A stretch of DNA of 63,818 nt, counting the filler, from Kipferlia bialata (taxonomy: Eukaryota), in the NCBI GenBank assembly GCA_003568945.1. It is 6 parts of 6 records of this genome, joined end to end, with 100 filler letters (N's around TTAATTAATTAA, not from the genome) between each part and the next. Parts side by side here need not be neighbours in the genome. Positions count along the whole stretch, not along the records: positions 46,662 to 58,209 come from BDIP01001228.1; positions 58,310 to 63,818 come from BDIP01001233.1; 4 more parts are not named here. One strand, given 5' to 3'. Every line of letters begins with the position of its first letter. The stretch's first letter is position 1. A program made the translations under genes and the position numbers. The notes beneath the pieces are model-generated. The model was given only the letters and a program-made list of their open reading frames with translations, had not been told where the DNA came from and did not search any database. Shown here piece after piece: positions 52,896-63,818 of this stretch.

Positions 52896-53788
52896 ATAAG
52901 GCGCAATGTGAATCCCATACCTGCGCTGACTCCTGTCTGTCTCAATGTCACTAGGCAGGGGTGGCAGTCTGGCATCCCTACTATGATCCCTCTCCCTCTC
53001 TCTCTCTCTCTCACTGTCAGAGTCAGAGAAGGAGCCCTCAGAGCCATCGGTCCCCGCATACCTACAGTCAGCACCCTGTAACTAGTATACACTCCACCCA
53101 GTATTATAGTATCAGTATATATATACCTCCTGAGTGTATATGGGTCCGGTCTGATGAAACAGTCGAGGGAGGACTGCACAAAGGACACCTCCTCGTCACT
53201 CTCCTCACTATGCCGCGGGGCCATCTCTCACAGAGTACCCCTCACGCACTACGGGGCCACAAGGGTGTAACGTTGTCACTAGGGGTGATGACTTACAGGA
53301 GACCACTGCTTACAGGACAAGGAATCTTCCCCAAACCCTTTTTCCACGAACAAACCCGTTCTTCAAACGGCAGGGTAGTGCTCCCCTTATCTTGGTGCAT
53401 CAGCAGAGGCTAAGCATTCATATACCTGACACAGAAACCATACTAGTGGTGACCATTTAGTATATTAAGTGCTCATCAGCCTCAAGTATAGAGAGAGCTA
53501 TTATTAATACCACCAATATCTGCGGTTGCAACAATGCATGGCAGCAACACTCAGCTGCTGACACGTTACAGGTGGGGGCACACCTGATCGAGGAGTTGCC
53601 TGTTCAGTGGTGCTCGATATACCGGAATGGTGACGGCGGGAGCGATGGCGCACTCGGCGACGTGATACCCTACGCTCTGCAGCTGCTCTCTTCCTATCCA
53701 GTCTCCTCTGAGCATAATACACAAGACGGTGCTCCAGTTTCAAACTCATCATGTGATAGAATTTTCTGTATGTAAATGGAAGTCAGAC

Positions 53789-53828
<40 letters not shown>

Positions 53829-54414
53829 TACATCAGATGTTGGCCAAAGACTACTCACTTCCTCTTCAACCCGTCGTACGTCAACCAAAGAGAGCTATCC
53901 CGAGGGATGGAGTCCTCTGGATCAGGATACTTGCACAAAAACCTGTGGGGAGGCAAGAGAGAATACAAACCAACAGAGTTGCCTTGCCATAGGGTAGAGG
54001 CAAATCAAGACGCAAGACCAATTCTATACCTGTCAAGCTCCTCCGTTGCCAGATTAGCAGCCAAAACGAAGCTTTCAGACACCTCAAGTATATTCCTTTC
54101 CTGTGGCATCAAGGAATTCAATAGAGGCAAAGAGCATAGGTGTTGTGTTTGGAGTGTCCTCTGCACCCTTATGTGTTTTTCCTCATTTCCCTTTGACAGT
54201 CAAAGTTTGACTCAAGACATGATCATGAATCTCTACAGTGGCCCACACGATGTCATGTCAACCGATACCACTCCATGCCCCTCTCGTCTCTCTCTCCAGT
54301 TGACATTGAGTAGTGGCCCTTCCTGGCTTTCCAGCTTTGGACCCAGGAAACTGACATCCGAATCACTCATATATCACTGAGAGAGAGAGAGAGAGAGAGT
54401 AGAGTGAGTGAGAG

Positions 54415-57400
54415 ATGACTAGCACTACCATCTCGTACAGGACGGTGGATGTGGGGTATCAGAGTGACAAGAGACCCGCCATGGTGTATGTAGGTACCCT
54501 CACAGATGGTGGCCAGATACCCACAGCCCTAGGGCCAGGTGATGTGTACCAGGTGCTGGTGGTGGGATGGAACACTGCCAACCCCAGCCACAGCTGCATG
54601 CTCTTCACCCTGGACCCTGCGTTAGGCACTATTGCATCCAAGGTGATACAGTGCCCCCTCCCTGCCAACAATGGGTATGCCCCTGCAGCCCGTATAGGTG
54701 ACACAGTCTATGTGTTTGGAGGCAAGACCAGTGGCGACTCCCTCTTCACCTACTCCATCGAGCATGAGACGTGGACTCAGGTGGAGAAGGGTGGTGTCTG
54801 GCCAGGGGCTAGGTACTGCCACTCCTCCTTCACCCTCGGTGGCAAGCTGTACATAGCAGGGGGTAGGGGGGCCAGGGACTGCTGGTGCTATGACCCTGAG
54901 ACTGGTGTGTGGACAAGGCAGGCTGACATTCCTCTAAAGTGTGGGTCATCCGCTACGACAGTGGTAGGTGAGGGTGCCAAATGATACTAAGAATATATTT
55001 GAACCCATATATACCTATATTGCATTGTCTCATCCCAGGTGATGTGGTTCACATGATTGGGACTGCCTGGAGCGACAAGCAGCCCCACTTCAGACTGCAC
55101 CTCACCTTCACTCTCTCCCGTGGGTGGCACAGAGAGGCGGACCTTCCCTCCGAGTACCACAACACTGGGTGTGTGAGTGTGGGGAGTGACATCTACCTCC
55201 TTGGTGGGCCTTCCTCCCCAAGGGGTGTCCGTGTGTACAACACCCACACCAAGCAGTGGAGGCACGGTAGAGACCTTCCAGTGCCTTCCAAGTCGGGAAG
55301 AGCCTGTCTGATCAGCCCCAGAGTACTGCTGCTGTGCAGTGAGCAGATGGTGGTGGGAGAGATACCGGAGTCACATCAGGAGAGGAGAGAGAGAGAGAGG
55401 AGGGAGAGAGAGTCACTGGTCAGCGCCCTTGTGTCTCTGGGGGTACCTGCAGAGGACCTGCCTCACTCGCCCACCCCCATCACTCTAGCTACCTGCCTCC
55501 CGCTCCTGGGAGGTGAGATCACCCGGCTCAAGGAGACAGTGAGTGAGATCCAGAGGCAGGACACAGCAGATACCCGCACCTTCTCCTGCTTCTCCCCTGA
55601 CTCCCTACCCTTGGTGCAGGCACTCATAGAGCAGGCACGGGGTATTGACATGGCGGTGCTGAGGTATGGGCTCTCTCTCGCCATATATCTCTCACCTAGG
55701 GAACCTACTATGTGTATATAGTACCCTCTAGTAGAAATAGTAACAGTATATTCCACTTTGTCATACAGAGACCCTATCTGTCTCCCACCCCAAGACTCAC
55801 CTGTTCCTCTTCCTCTCTCTCTCTCTCTATTTGTCCCCCTAAACTCAGGACCCACCTGTCCCGCCTCTCCACCTACCTACCCCTAGCCCGTAGCCTCTCT
55901 CTCCTAGTGTCGAGGGTACAACAGGTCATAACAGAGCACCCGATGGAGGAGGTATACTCTATATATATATGTAATATATACCGTGTATATTATATAGAGA
56001 TTTATCGTTGTCTCTGTCGGTAGACGTGTAACAGTTCATGTCGAGAGGTGGGACATGTATGATTGTATATTCATATATACGTTAGAGTGGGGGGTTGGAC
56101 ATGCATTAGTCTATCTCTCTCCCTGAGATTGCATGTGTATGAGGACTCCTAGCACTATCCCCCCAACAATACCGCCTATCACCCCGCCGCTAACGACCCT
56201 AACCCTAGCTGGTGACTGAGGACGGTTCTGCCCTCTCTCTCTCTCTTCCTCCCCCCCCCCCCTCACCCCCTAGCTACCTACTGAGGACTGCTCTGCCCTA
56301 CTCACCACCCTGACCTCTGAGCACACCGCCCTCCACACTGCATACCAGGGGGTACGGGCACTAGACTTCGACCCAGCAGAGAGTGTGGCATATCTAAAGG
56401 GAGTGGCAGATCTGCTGGAGACCATAGACAAGACACCCATCATCCCACTGCCTTCTGACTACTCCTCTCTGCCTCTGAATGGAAAGAGACAGTACTTCCA
56501 GGTAAATACTTCAACATTACTCCAAGTGTGACTATGTTACAGATAGTACCATCTCCCATATCATCCACTTCATCAACGAATTTTGAGTGTATCTTAGCAT
56601 CTCACTCCAGGCCAAGCAGTTCAATGGAGCTGTGGAGAGTCTCTGTGCAGCGGCAGGCGAGGTATAACTAGGAGACCTGGTAGCTGTTTGATATTTTCAT
56701 TGAAATCGCTGATTCTCTCTACCTATTGAGCCTCAGATCATCGAGTGCCAAACCTTTATTGAGCAGGGCATGTGTATTTGCTGTATAGAGTACACACTCT
56801 ATGTGCATACTAATGTATATACTCATCCCAGATCATCGAGTGCCAGGCCACAGTCGACCAGCACATGTCTGGGCTGGCTGAGGTGGAGACACCAGATCCA
56901 GACGTGTGTGACAGGGTGATGGCAGAGGCCAAGGCACTGCTGCAGGTATGTGTGTATATATATAGTATTATAGTGATTCACTCGTATTGCTATATACCTA
57001 CAGACAAGGGTGACAGGGTGATGGCATAAGCCACGGAAATAGTGAAGGTACATAGCAAGCTACTCTATCCATCTATGAGTATATATTTTTAGGCTATACT
57101 CCATGTGAGCTCCCGGGGTGTGTAAGAGGACACTGCTGTTAATTTACTATCCACCTGTCATAACCTTTACTACGCTGTATACCTAATCCTTGCTCAACCC
57201 AGATCCTTTCATACCTGGCTCCCAGACGAACTAGGGCACTGTCTCTGGTCGCTGAACTGGAGGGGGTGCAGAAGGTGTGTATTGTATACTGAACACTATA
57301 TATATGTGTGTGTATACACTCGGATGCCAGTTATTGACTAACATCATACTACCACCATCTCTGAATATCTTCTACTTGTCTACTGACGCTATAGGTCAAC

Positions 57401-57715
57401 CCCGGTGCTATTGATGTTGCTCAGAGGGACGTTGCGGATCTAGAGTGGCACCTAACGAGACCTAGACTCCCAGAGAAGGAGAGACAGACCCTCACTAGTG
57501 ATCTAGTTGAGTGGAGAGAGATGCTTAACACCCTGCAAAGGGCTCAGTCAGAGAGAGAGCAGCTCATAGAGCAGTTGCAGGGGTACGTCATCTTCCCTGA
57601 GGTGGCTGCTGCCCTGGGTGTAGAGAGACAGCCCTTAGAAGAGGCAGTGTCAGCACTGGACAAGTGCAACGGGGTGGTGGGTGTGATGGTCAAGGGGGAG
57701 ATAGTCAGAGCCTAA
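54415..57715 (+). CDS. Kelch-repeat protein with C-terminal helical/coiled-coil region
   Basis: ATG at 54415; kelch repeats ARIGDTVYVFGG, WPGARYCHSSFTLGGKLYIAGG, CWCYDPETGVW and VGSDIYLLGG. Downstream spliced helical exons end GVMVKGEIVRA-TAA. Confidence 0.85.
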
Positions 57716-58209
57716 AGATAGAGAGGGAGGGGGGGATAGAGAGAGAGGGGGGGATAGAGAGAGATTGTGTCTGGCATGATGGTCAAGAGGGAGAGAAAGA
57801 GAGTCATTGGATAGGATACAGTCCACTCAACTGGTCTGTCAAAGGCATTTAGTATATATATCAATGTACTATTCTCTTGTGTGATGGGGACTCCCCAGGA
57901 TAAAGGAGAAGTGATCACACTCTGCCTATCTCTGTTGAATTGGTACCTTGGGTGCTCCCTCTGTTCTTGGTTGTATCGCTGTCTTTCGTGTGAGGGGCCC
58001 TATAGTATAGCCTCTCTATGTTTGTGTGTGGTGATCCCCACCTTGTATTTATGCCTCCTGTTAGGCTGTTGTTGAGGCCTAGAGGCACTCGTGTTCGTTA
58101 CAAACTCAATAGGTTACTAGCTACAGTCTATAAATGCCTGAAATCTCTCGGGTTTAATGAAACAGACCAAGCAATGAGAGCAGGCCTATATCAAACTATT
58201 CACGTTGGG

Positions 58210-58309
58210 NNNNNNNNNNNNNNNNNNNNNNNNNNNNNNNNNNNNNNNNNNNNTTAATTAATTAANNNNNNNNNNNNNNNNNNNNNNNNNNNNNNNNNNN
58301 NNNNNNNNN
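58210..58309. other. Artificial scaffold linker
   Basis: N44-TTAATTAATTAA-N44. Confidence 0.97.
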
Positions 58310-58372
58310 ATATGTACACATACATATGGTAGGGATAGTAACAGTAGTACACATATACTATGTACATGGATA

Positions 58373-59306
58373 CCTTCTCTGCTGTGCCTTCCTGGCGTTC
58401 TCCTGGGCTGCCAGCCTCCTAGCGGCATCTGCCTTTCTCTGCCTCTCCTCCCTCTCCCTCTGCTGCCTGGCGTGTCTGTCCTTGGCGGCCCTGGGGTTAG
58501 AATAGGTATAATATATAATATTGGTGGTATATGTAACGGAGGCTTAGAGAGTAAGTGATACATATGGTGGTACATGATAGCGACTGCCACTTGGATACCT
58601 GATCTTCTCTGCCTGTTGCCGGGCCATCTCACTCTTCTTCAGAGCAAGCTGCTCCTCCTGAGGATGAGGATAGACAGAGGTCAGGGTAATAGACAAGATA
58701 TTAATGGAGGAGGCAAAGGAATGGGAAAGAACAAAGGTGAAGGTGTAGGGAGGACACATGATATCACATGGCAATCACTGGTGGCATCACAAGAACTACA
58801 CATAATTACGGAAGGGTATTACCTGCTCCAGCTTGGCCAGTCTGTTCTTGAGCAGACGCACATCCTCCTCTGAGGGTGAGACGGGGGAAAGGATTTGAAT
58901 GCCATTGATAGAGAGACAGAGCACATGGGAGGGTATGTACAGAGTCATATACAGGTGCCATTACGGATCTATGCAGTGATAACTTGCACACACAATGTCT
59001 GAGAGCCGGCAGGCAAGGTTGGGTACACATGAAACACAGGTGTCACAGACAGACAAGATTGGAACAGTACGTAGAAGAACCCAACCCGGCTAAATAACCC
59101 ACAACCAGGCTCATATGCCCTCTACCCCTACCTGCGTACTGCACTGTCCTCTTGGCCTCCAGCATCTGGCTGGGGCTGATGGGGGTCTTGCCTCCACTGC
59201 GTCTGGGGGTGCTCACAACGGGGACAACGGAGCTGTTGCCTGGCACAGAGATTGTGGGGTGCCTCATCCGGGAGGAACCCTCTCCCATGCTGTCAGAGGC
59301 TGGCAT
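58373..59306 (-). CDS. Coiled-coil protein, 5' part
   Basis: MPASDSMGEG...LEAKRTVQYAE|EDVRLLKNRLAKLEQ|EEQLALKKSEMARQQAEKIR|AAKDRHARQQREREERQRK..., truncated at the scaffold end. Confidence 0.75.
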
Positions 59307-59627
59307 TGTCGCTCAAGGCCTTGTTCTTGGAGAGGACAGCCAGTCTCCGAGAACAATCCGGAAATCATCCGATACATCCGACTTGAGGGTGTAGAGGTTT
59401 TTGTGCTGTTTTCAAGTGGGTACAACTGTCATAATTGGCTGTGACTCACAGAGTGACGTGTACGGTACCTTGATCTAGATGTCTATTGGCTCGAGAGGAT
59501 ACACATACACACACAAAGACGAACACAATTCAATTCAAGGGAACACACTCTCACCAAAGAGCCCAATGTCTGACACCTAATGAGACTATACAGCCTCATT
59601 CATCAGTGTACCAGCTATTGTGCCTCT

Positions 59628-62600
59628 CTAGCCATACTGGTTCTTCCTCTTGGCAGGGAATGGAGAGTGCACGGCACCCCCCTTCCTCTTGAGTCTAGAC
59701 TTGCTAGAGGCAGGGGTCTTCTTGCTGGACTTGCTGGACTTGGAGCCCTTGCCGCCCTTGGCGTGGATGGCAAGCTGGGGGTGAGGGTACGTGTATATTC
59801 AGTAGAATAGAGTATAGCAATCTGCATTTACACTAGTACACACCTTGTTGTTACTGGCCACTGGTGGCTTAACCTCTACACCGAAGAAGGTGTTGATCTC
59901 ATTCCTGAACTCCCTATGGGTCAGAGTGGGTCACATGACTTCTAATACTTGTATATAGAAGTATATATACTATTATGTGAGAATACACATGCACACTCAC
60001 TTGATCTTGTTTGGACACCCCTTGAGCTTGTCCTTGAACTTGGAGAAGGACATGAACCTGGGGGTTAGGTATATGTATAGACACTTACATATATATAGTA
60101 CTCACTATAGATATATGGTCCTTTGTATATGAGAAGGAAAATATTGTGAGAGAAGGAGATATACACCCAACTTATAATAGCACAAACACTTGGATATGAT
60201 CCTAATACATATACACAATATATACACAGTACAAATATGCCACTCACTTTGGCACCACCCACTTGGCATAGACGGACAGGACCAGCTTGGCCGTGGGGTC
60301 GTTGCCCACAGCATCACCCATACCGGCATCAAATGCTATGCTGGGGGTGGGGGAGATTGGGTGGTCATATAGGCGAAGAAGAGATCGAGACCCGACAAAC
60401 CAGAAGCGTCACAGGCGCTGTGGCAATAGTGGGTCATAATGAGACTGATACAGCTAGAGAGAGGGTGGCGTACCGATAGTGGAACCTGTTGGCCCTGGTT
60501 GGCTCCTCCAGCACAGTGCCTAGGGGGTAAGGGGTATGTATGTGGATATGGATAGAGGTGTATGCACACGTATATATATATGTATATATATTAATACTTC
60601 TAGGTTAGTAGCAATCCATCCCCCCCACCTGTGTAGAAGCACGTTGTCTCTGGCCAGAAGGCAAGGCACTTGGAGTTCTGGGGTGGGAAGGGAATGATCG
60701 CCATTTACTCAGGAATATTATGACACTTTGGCCAGTATACACCTGTATTTCCTCACCTTTGGCACCCTGACCACCAGTCTGGCATCCACACACACATCCA
60801 CACACAAATGACATACACTCATATATATATATGTATATATATATAGGTGACCAAATTCATCTACCCACCTTAGGTACCCTGACCACCAGTCTGTCATCCA
60901 CTGGGTCAAAGAGGGGGATCACGTCCCAGTATCTGGGGTCAGGGGGAGGGCTAGTGCAGCAACTACATATACAGTATAGAGTACGTGACACTACATATAT
61001 ATATACCACCCCCGTACTTGACCACGCTGGGCAGGTGCTGCTGTGTCTCCAGGAAGTGTGTCTCCATGGATACGGAGGGGGCAGGGGGGAACACAGAGGA
61101 GTACTCAGCGTCGGTAAGCTTGGGTCTGCACCCTGGGGGTGGGGGACTGTATATATACAGTATACACACATATATGTATCCCATGACCCACTCACCCACA
61201 CTGCATGGCACAGGTCCCTTGAACTCAACCTCGGGGAGGGAGGCCTCCTGTACAGCCGCAGTCAGGTCGGCTGGGGGTGGGGGGTGGGGATGGGGGATAT
61301 GTTTGTGGTGACAACTACCACCCATATAGATCATTAGCAGGGTCGGGTAGGTTATACTCTATATCCAATGTACCTGCACTCCTGACCCCCAGACATGCAA
61401 ATATCTATCTATCTATCTATCACATGTATATCTGTATATATCTCTGTACCTGCACTTCTGACCCCCTGGTATGCATCGACAGAGGCATCGGGGCCAAAGG
61501 CGTAGTTGGTGCCTGGGGTCAGACGGAATACTCGAGCAAATCAACTATCTATCGCAATAGCGAGATGAATAGAACTATATACCATCGTGGTGTGCGTAGT
61601 CGAGCTCCGCTATTGTCATTCTGTGGGCCAGTTCCAGTCTCTCACGCACAGACAGCTCCTTGGCATTCTCTGGAGGTCAGAGGGACAGTGACACTGTTAC
61701 ATATATAATCAATGCGGACGTAAATATGGTCTGTCTATTCTCTCAGTTGGCAGATGCAAGATAACATGACAATCTACGCATGTCGATATATGCACTATAC
61801 ACCATACGCCACAGTACCTGTTGAGAACACGGGCCTGAGGTCTCTGAGCTGGTTGGCTGTGAGGGACACAGAGGGGATGAGGCGCTTGTCCCCTGGGGGG
61901 TAGAGAGAGAGAGAGAGAGAGGTGTATTACTAAAACTCCATTTCCATACATGCTTCCACCCCCACCTGAGAGCAGGGACTCTGCGTCCTGTGCGGTATAC
62001 TCCTTCTTCTTCCCTCTCTTCTTGGCCTTCTTGTCACTCTCCCCCTCCCCCTCACTCTCACTGCCACTCTCACTGTCGGACGAGTTGTCATCGCACGCAT
62101 ACAGGTGGCTGGGGGTGAGCCGTAAGGTTAGATGTGTTATACACACTTAGATACATACATCCCCCACCTGTCGTAGTCTGGGAACTCTGCATGGGACAGC
62201 ACCTCTATGTCCTCGGGGTCGGCACCTGGGAAGGTCACGTCCTGGGGGTGGGGGCAGAGGATATATGTATATACGTATATGCATATATATACTTCCATAT
62301 GCATAATACACACACTGTGCATACCTTGACCACGCAGAGTGTGAACTGGGTCTGGTCGGGCTCTGTCCCATACATCAGAGTCACAATGTCATCATCCCCA
62401 CTGCGCTTGGGGCGGGGCTGGGGGTTAGGAAGAGATACACATACTCATACATACATACTACAGCTATGCACACCGCATACATCTACTCCTGTCGACCCAC
62501 CTTCTTCTGGGCGTTCAGTTTGCGGCATGCAATCTTGAACTCGGGGGGGACACACTCTGACGTGAGGCAGATGTGTACATCACTAGGGGATACTGATATA

Positions 62601-63550
62601 TCCCACTATATACTGAATACAGTATATATATCCACACCCCACCTGCTGTGTACTGTGCCGTGTGGTTGTTGACGAGGTTGGCTACTACCAGATGCCCAGG
62701 CCTCAGGGACAGGGGGTCGAAGGACCTGGGGGTCAGGGCATGTCATCATCTACTACATATGTATCTATACAAAAATACACACCACTCTCTGTCTTTCCAT
62801 ACCTCGCTGCCCACTCCTCGAGGTATGTCACTCTGTCTGGCAGGACCACATCTGGGGGCAGGGTGCATCCATTGTAGTCGACAAAGGTGTACTTCTCAAC
62901 CTGGGGGGTCAGTTGCAAATAGCATACTTATACACATGAATACAATGCAAAGAAACATATAGCAAGGTGTACTTCCCAACTTAGGGGGGAAGCATCAAAT
63001 GGTACATAGTGGCGCAGGTGAACCACTCCATACCTCGTCTATCTCTGCCTTGACTGAGTCGGACATGTGTCTGACATGCCTGGGGGTGAGGGGGGTTGTA
63101 TGGACATAATACTGGTACTAGGACAGCATTATACCCTACACCCAGTGTATATACCCACCTCATGAGGTCTGGGGACTGTGTGAACTGTTGGAGGGTGTGG
63201 ACACTCTGGGCTAGGAGGTCCTGGGGGTGGGTGGGGGGGCGGTTGGTGGCTATATATATATATATATATACCCAAGGACAGTCGGGTGTCCTATAGAATA
63301 TGGTATGTTAGTCATATATGAGTAGCTAGTAAATATACATATACCATTCAGCATGTACTGCGACACCCCATCCACAGCCACCCAAGAGACAAATATATCC
63401 TTTTGTTCTAACTGATGAACAAGGTACAAATACATCCCTACCTGGTAGCATGTGAGCATGAACTGGGACACCCCCTCCAGGGGCTGCCTCCCCCCGTCCT
63501 CCGTCTCCTCTGTCTCAGACCGACGGAGGAGGTCCATGAACCAACCCACA
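59628..63550 (-). CDS. SGF29: Sgf29-like tandem Tudor protein (SAGA/ADA H3K4me reader), 5'-truncated
   Basis: YWDVIPLFDP...VPK|NSKCLAFWPETTCFYTG|TVLEEPTRANRFHYR|IAFD...VYAKWVV matches the Sgf29 second Tudor (VIPL...LALYPQTTCFY...Y.V.FED...YVV). LRPGHLVVA...QFTLCVVK resembles the first Tudor. The basic tail ends in TAG at 59628-59630. Confidence 0.7.
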
Positions 63551-63636
63551 CTGGGGGTTAGACGTATACACATACATGAATACGGGTATATGAATGGAGA
63601 GAAAGAGAGACAATACATTTACTCACCCAATATAGT

Positions 63637-63667
<31 letters not shown>

Positions 63668-63818
63668 CGGGAAGTGTGTGAGAGAGATAGTGAGAGCAAT
63701 GGAATCCTTCATCCAGTGAACACTACGCCCAGAGAGAGACTGGGAACAAAGAGACAGTGAAGAGATGCAATCAATAGGGTGAGGGGGGGGGGGGGGGGGG
63801 GGTGGGTATGCCCATCCC

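Noticed and set aside
52900..54400. Possible additional minus-strand gene (53504-53752 ORF, exon-like pieces at 52920-53280)
   Set aside because: I could not assemble a stop-free spliced frame or recognise a family. It may be a degenerate gene or the kelch gene's 5' end.
512..63760. Hundreds of short ORFs rich in YIYI, LSLS, ERER, CVCV or PPPP
   Set aside because: These are translations of (TA)n, (CT)n, (GA)n, (GT)n and poly-C tracts, or partial overlaps with real spliced exons.
1..63818. tRNA, rRNA, telomeric repeats, transposase or reverse transcriptase genes
   Set aside because: None recognisable by eye. A covariance-model or HMM scan would be needed to exclude small RNAs.

Overview
Eukaryotic, very intron-dense genomic DNA, most consistent with a free-living metamonad such as Kipferlia (inference from branch-point-fused 3' splice sites, (TA)n/(GA)n-filled introns, kelch-family genes and ERERE-rich proteins). 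The window is not contiguous. It is six ~11.6 kb scaffolds joined by artificial N44-TTAATTAATTAA-N44 linkers at 11579-11678, 23252-23351, 34909-35008, 46562-46661 and 58210-58309. Most ORF-track entries are microsatellite noise, so I rebuilt genes by hand-splicing short GT-AG exons. Recovered genes: a large unknown protein, p23, UBE2S, an exportin-5-like karyopherin, APE1/ExoIII, a DH-PH RhoGEF, gamma-adaptin, Exo70, an Sgf29-like tandem Tudor protein, two kelch proteins, a frameshifted SAM-like/P-loop NTPase/PD-(D/E)xK gene, and several unknowns. The most striking feature is a pervasive 'exon echo' architecture. Introns, and even 3' UTRs, carry tandem arrays of partial exon copies with an intact splice site. 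Acceptor-side halves lie upstream of the real exon and donor-side halves lie downstream. These half-exons often differ from the real exon almost only at synonymous codon positions, which neutral decay of junk duplicates does not predict.
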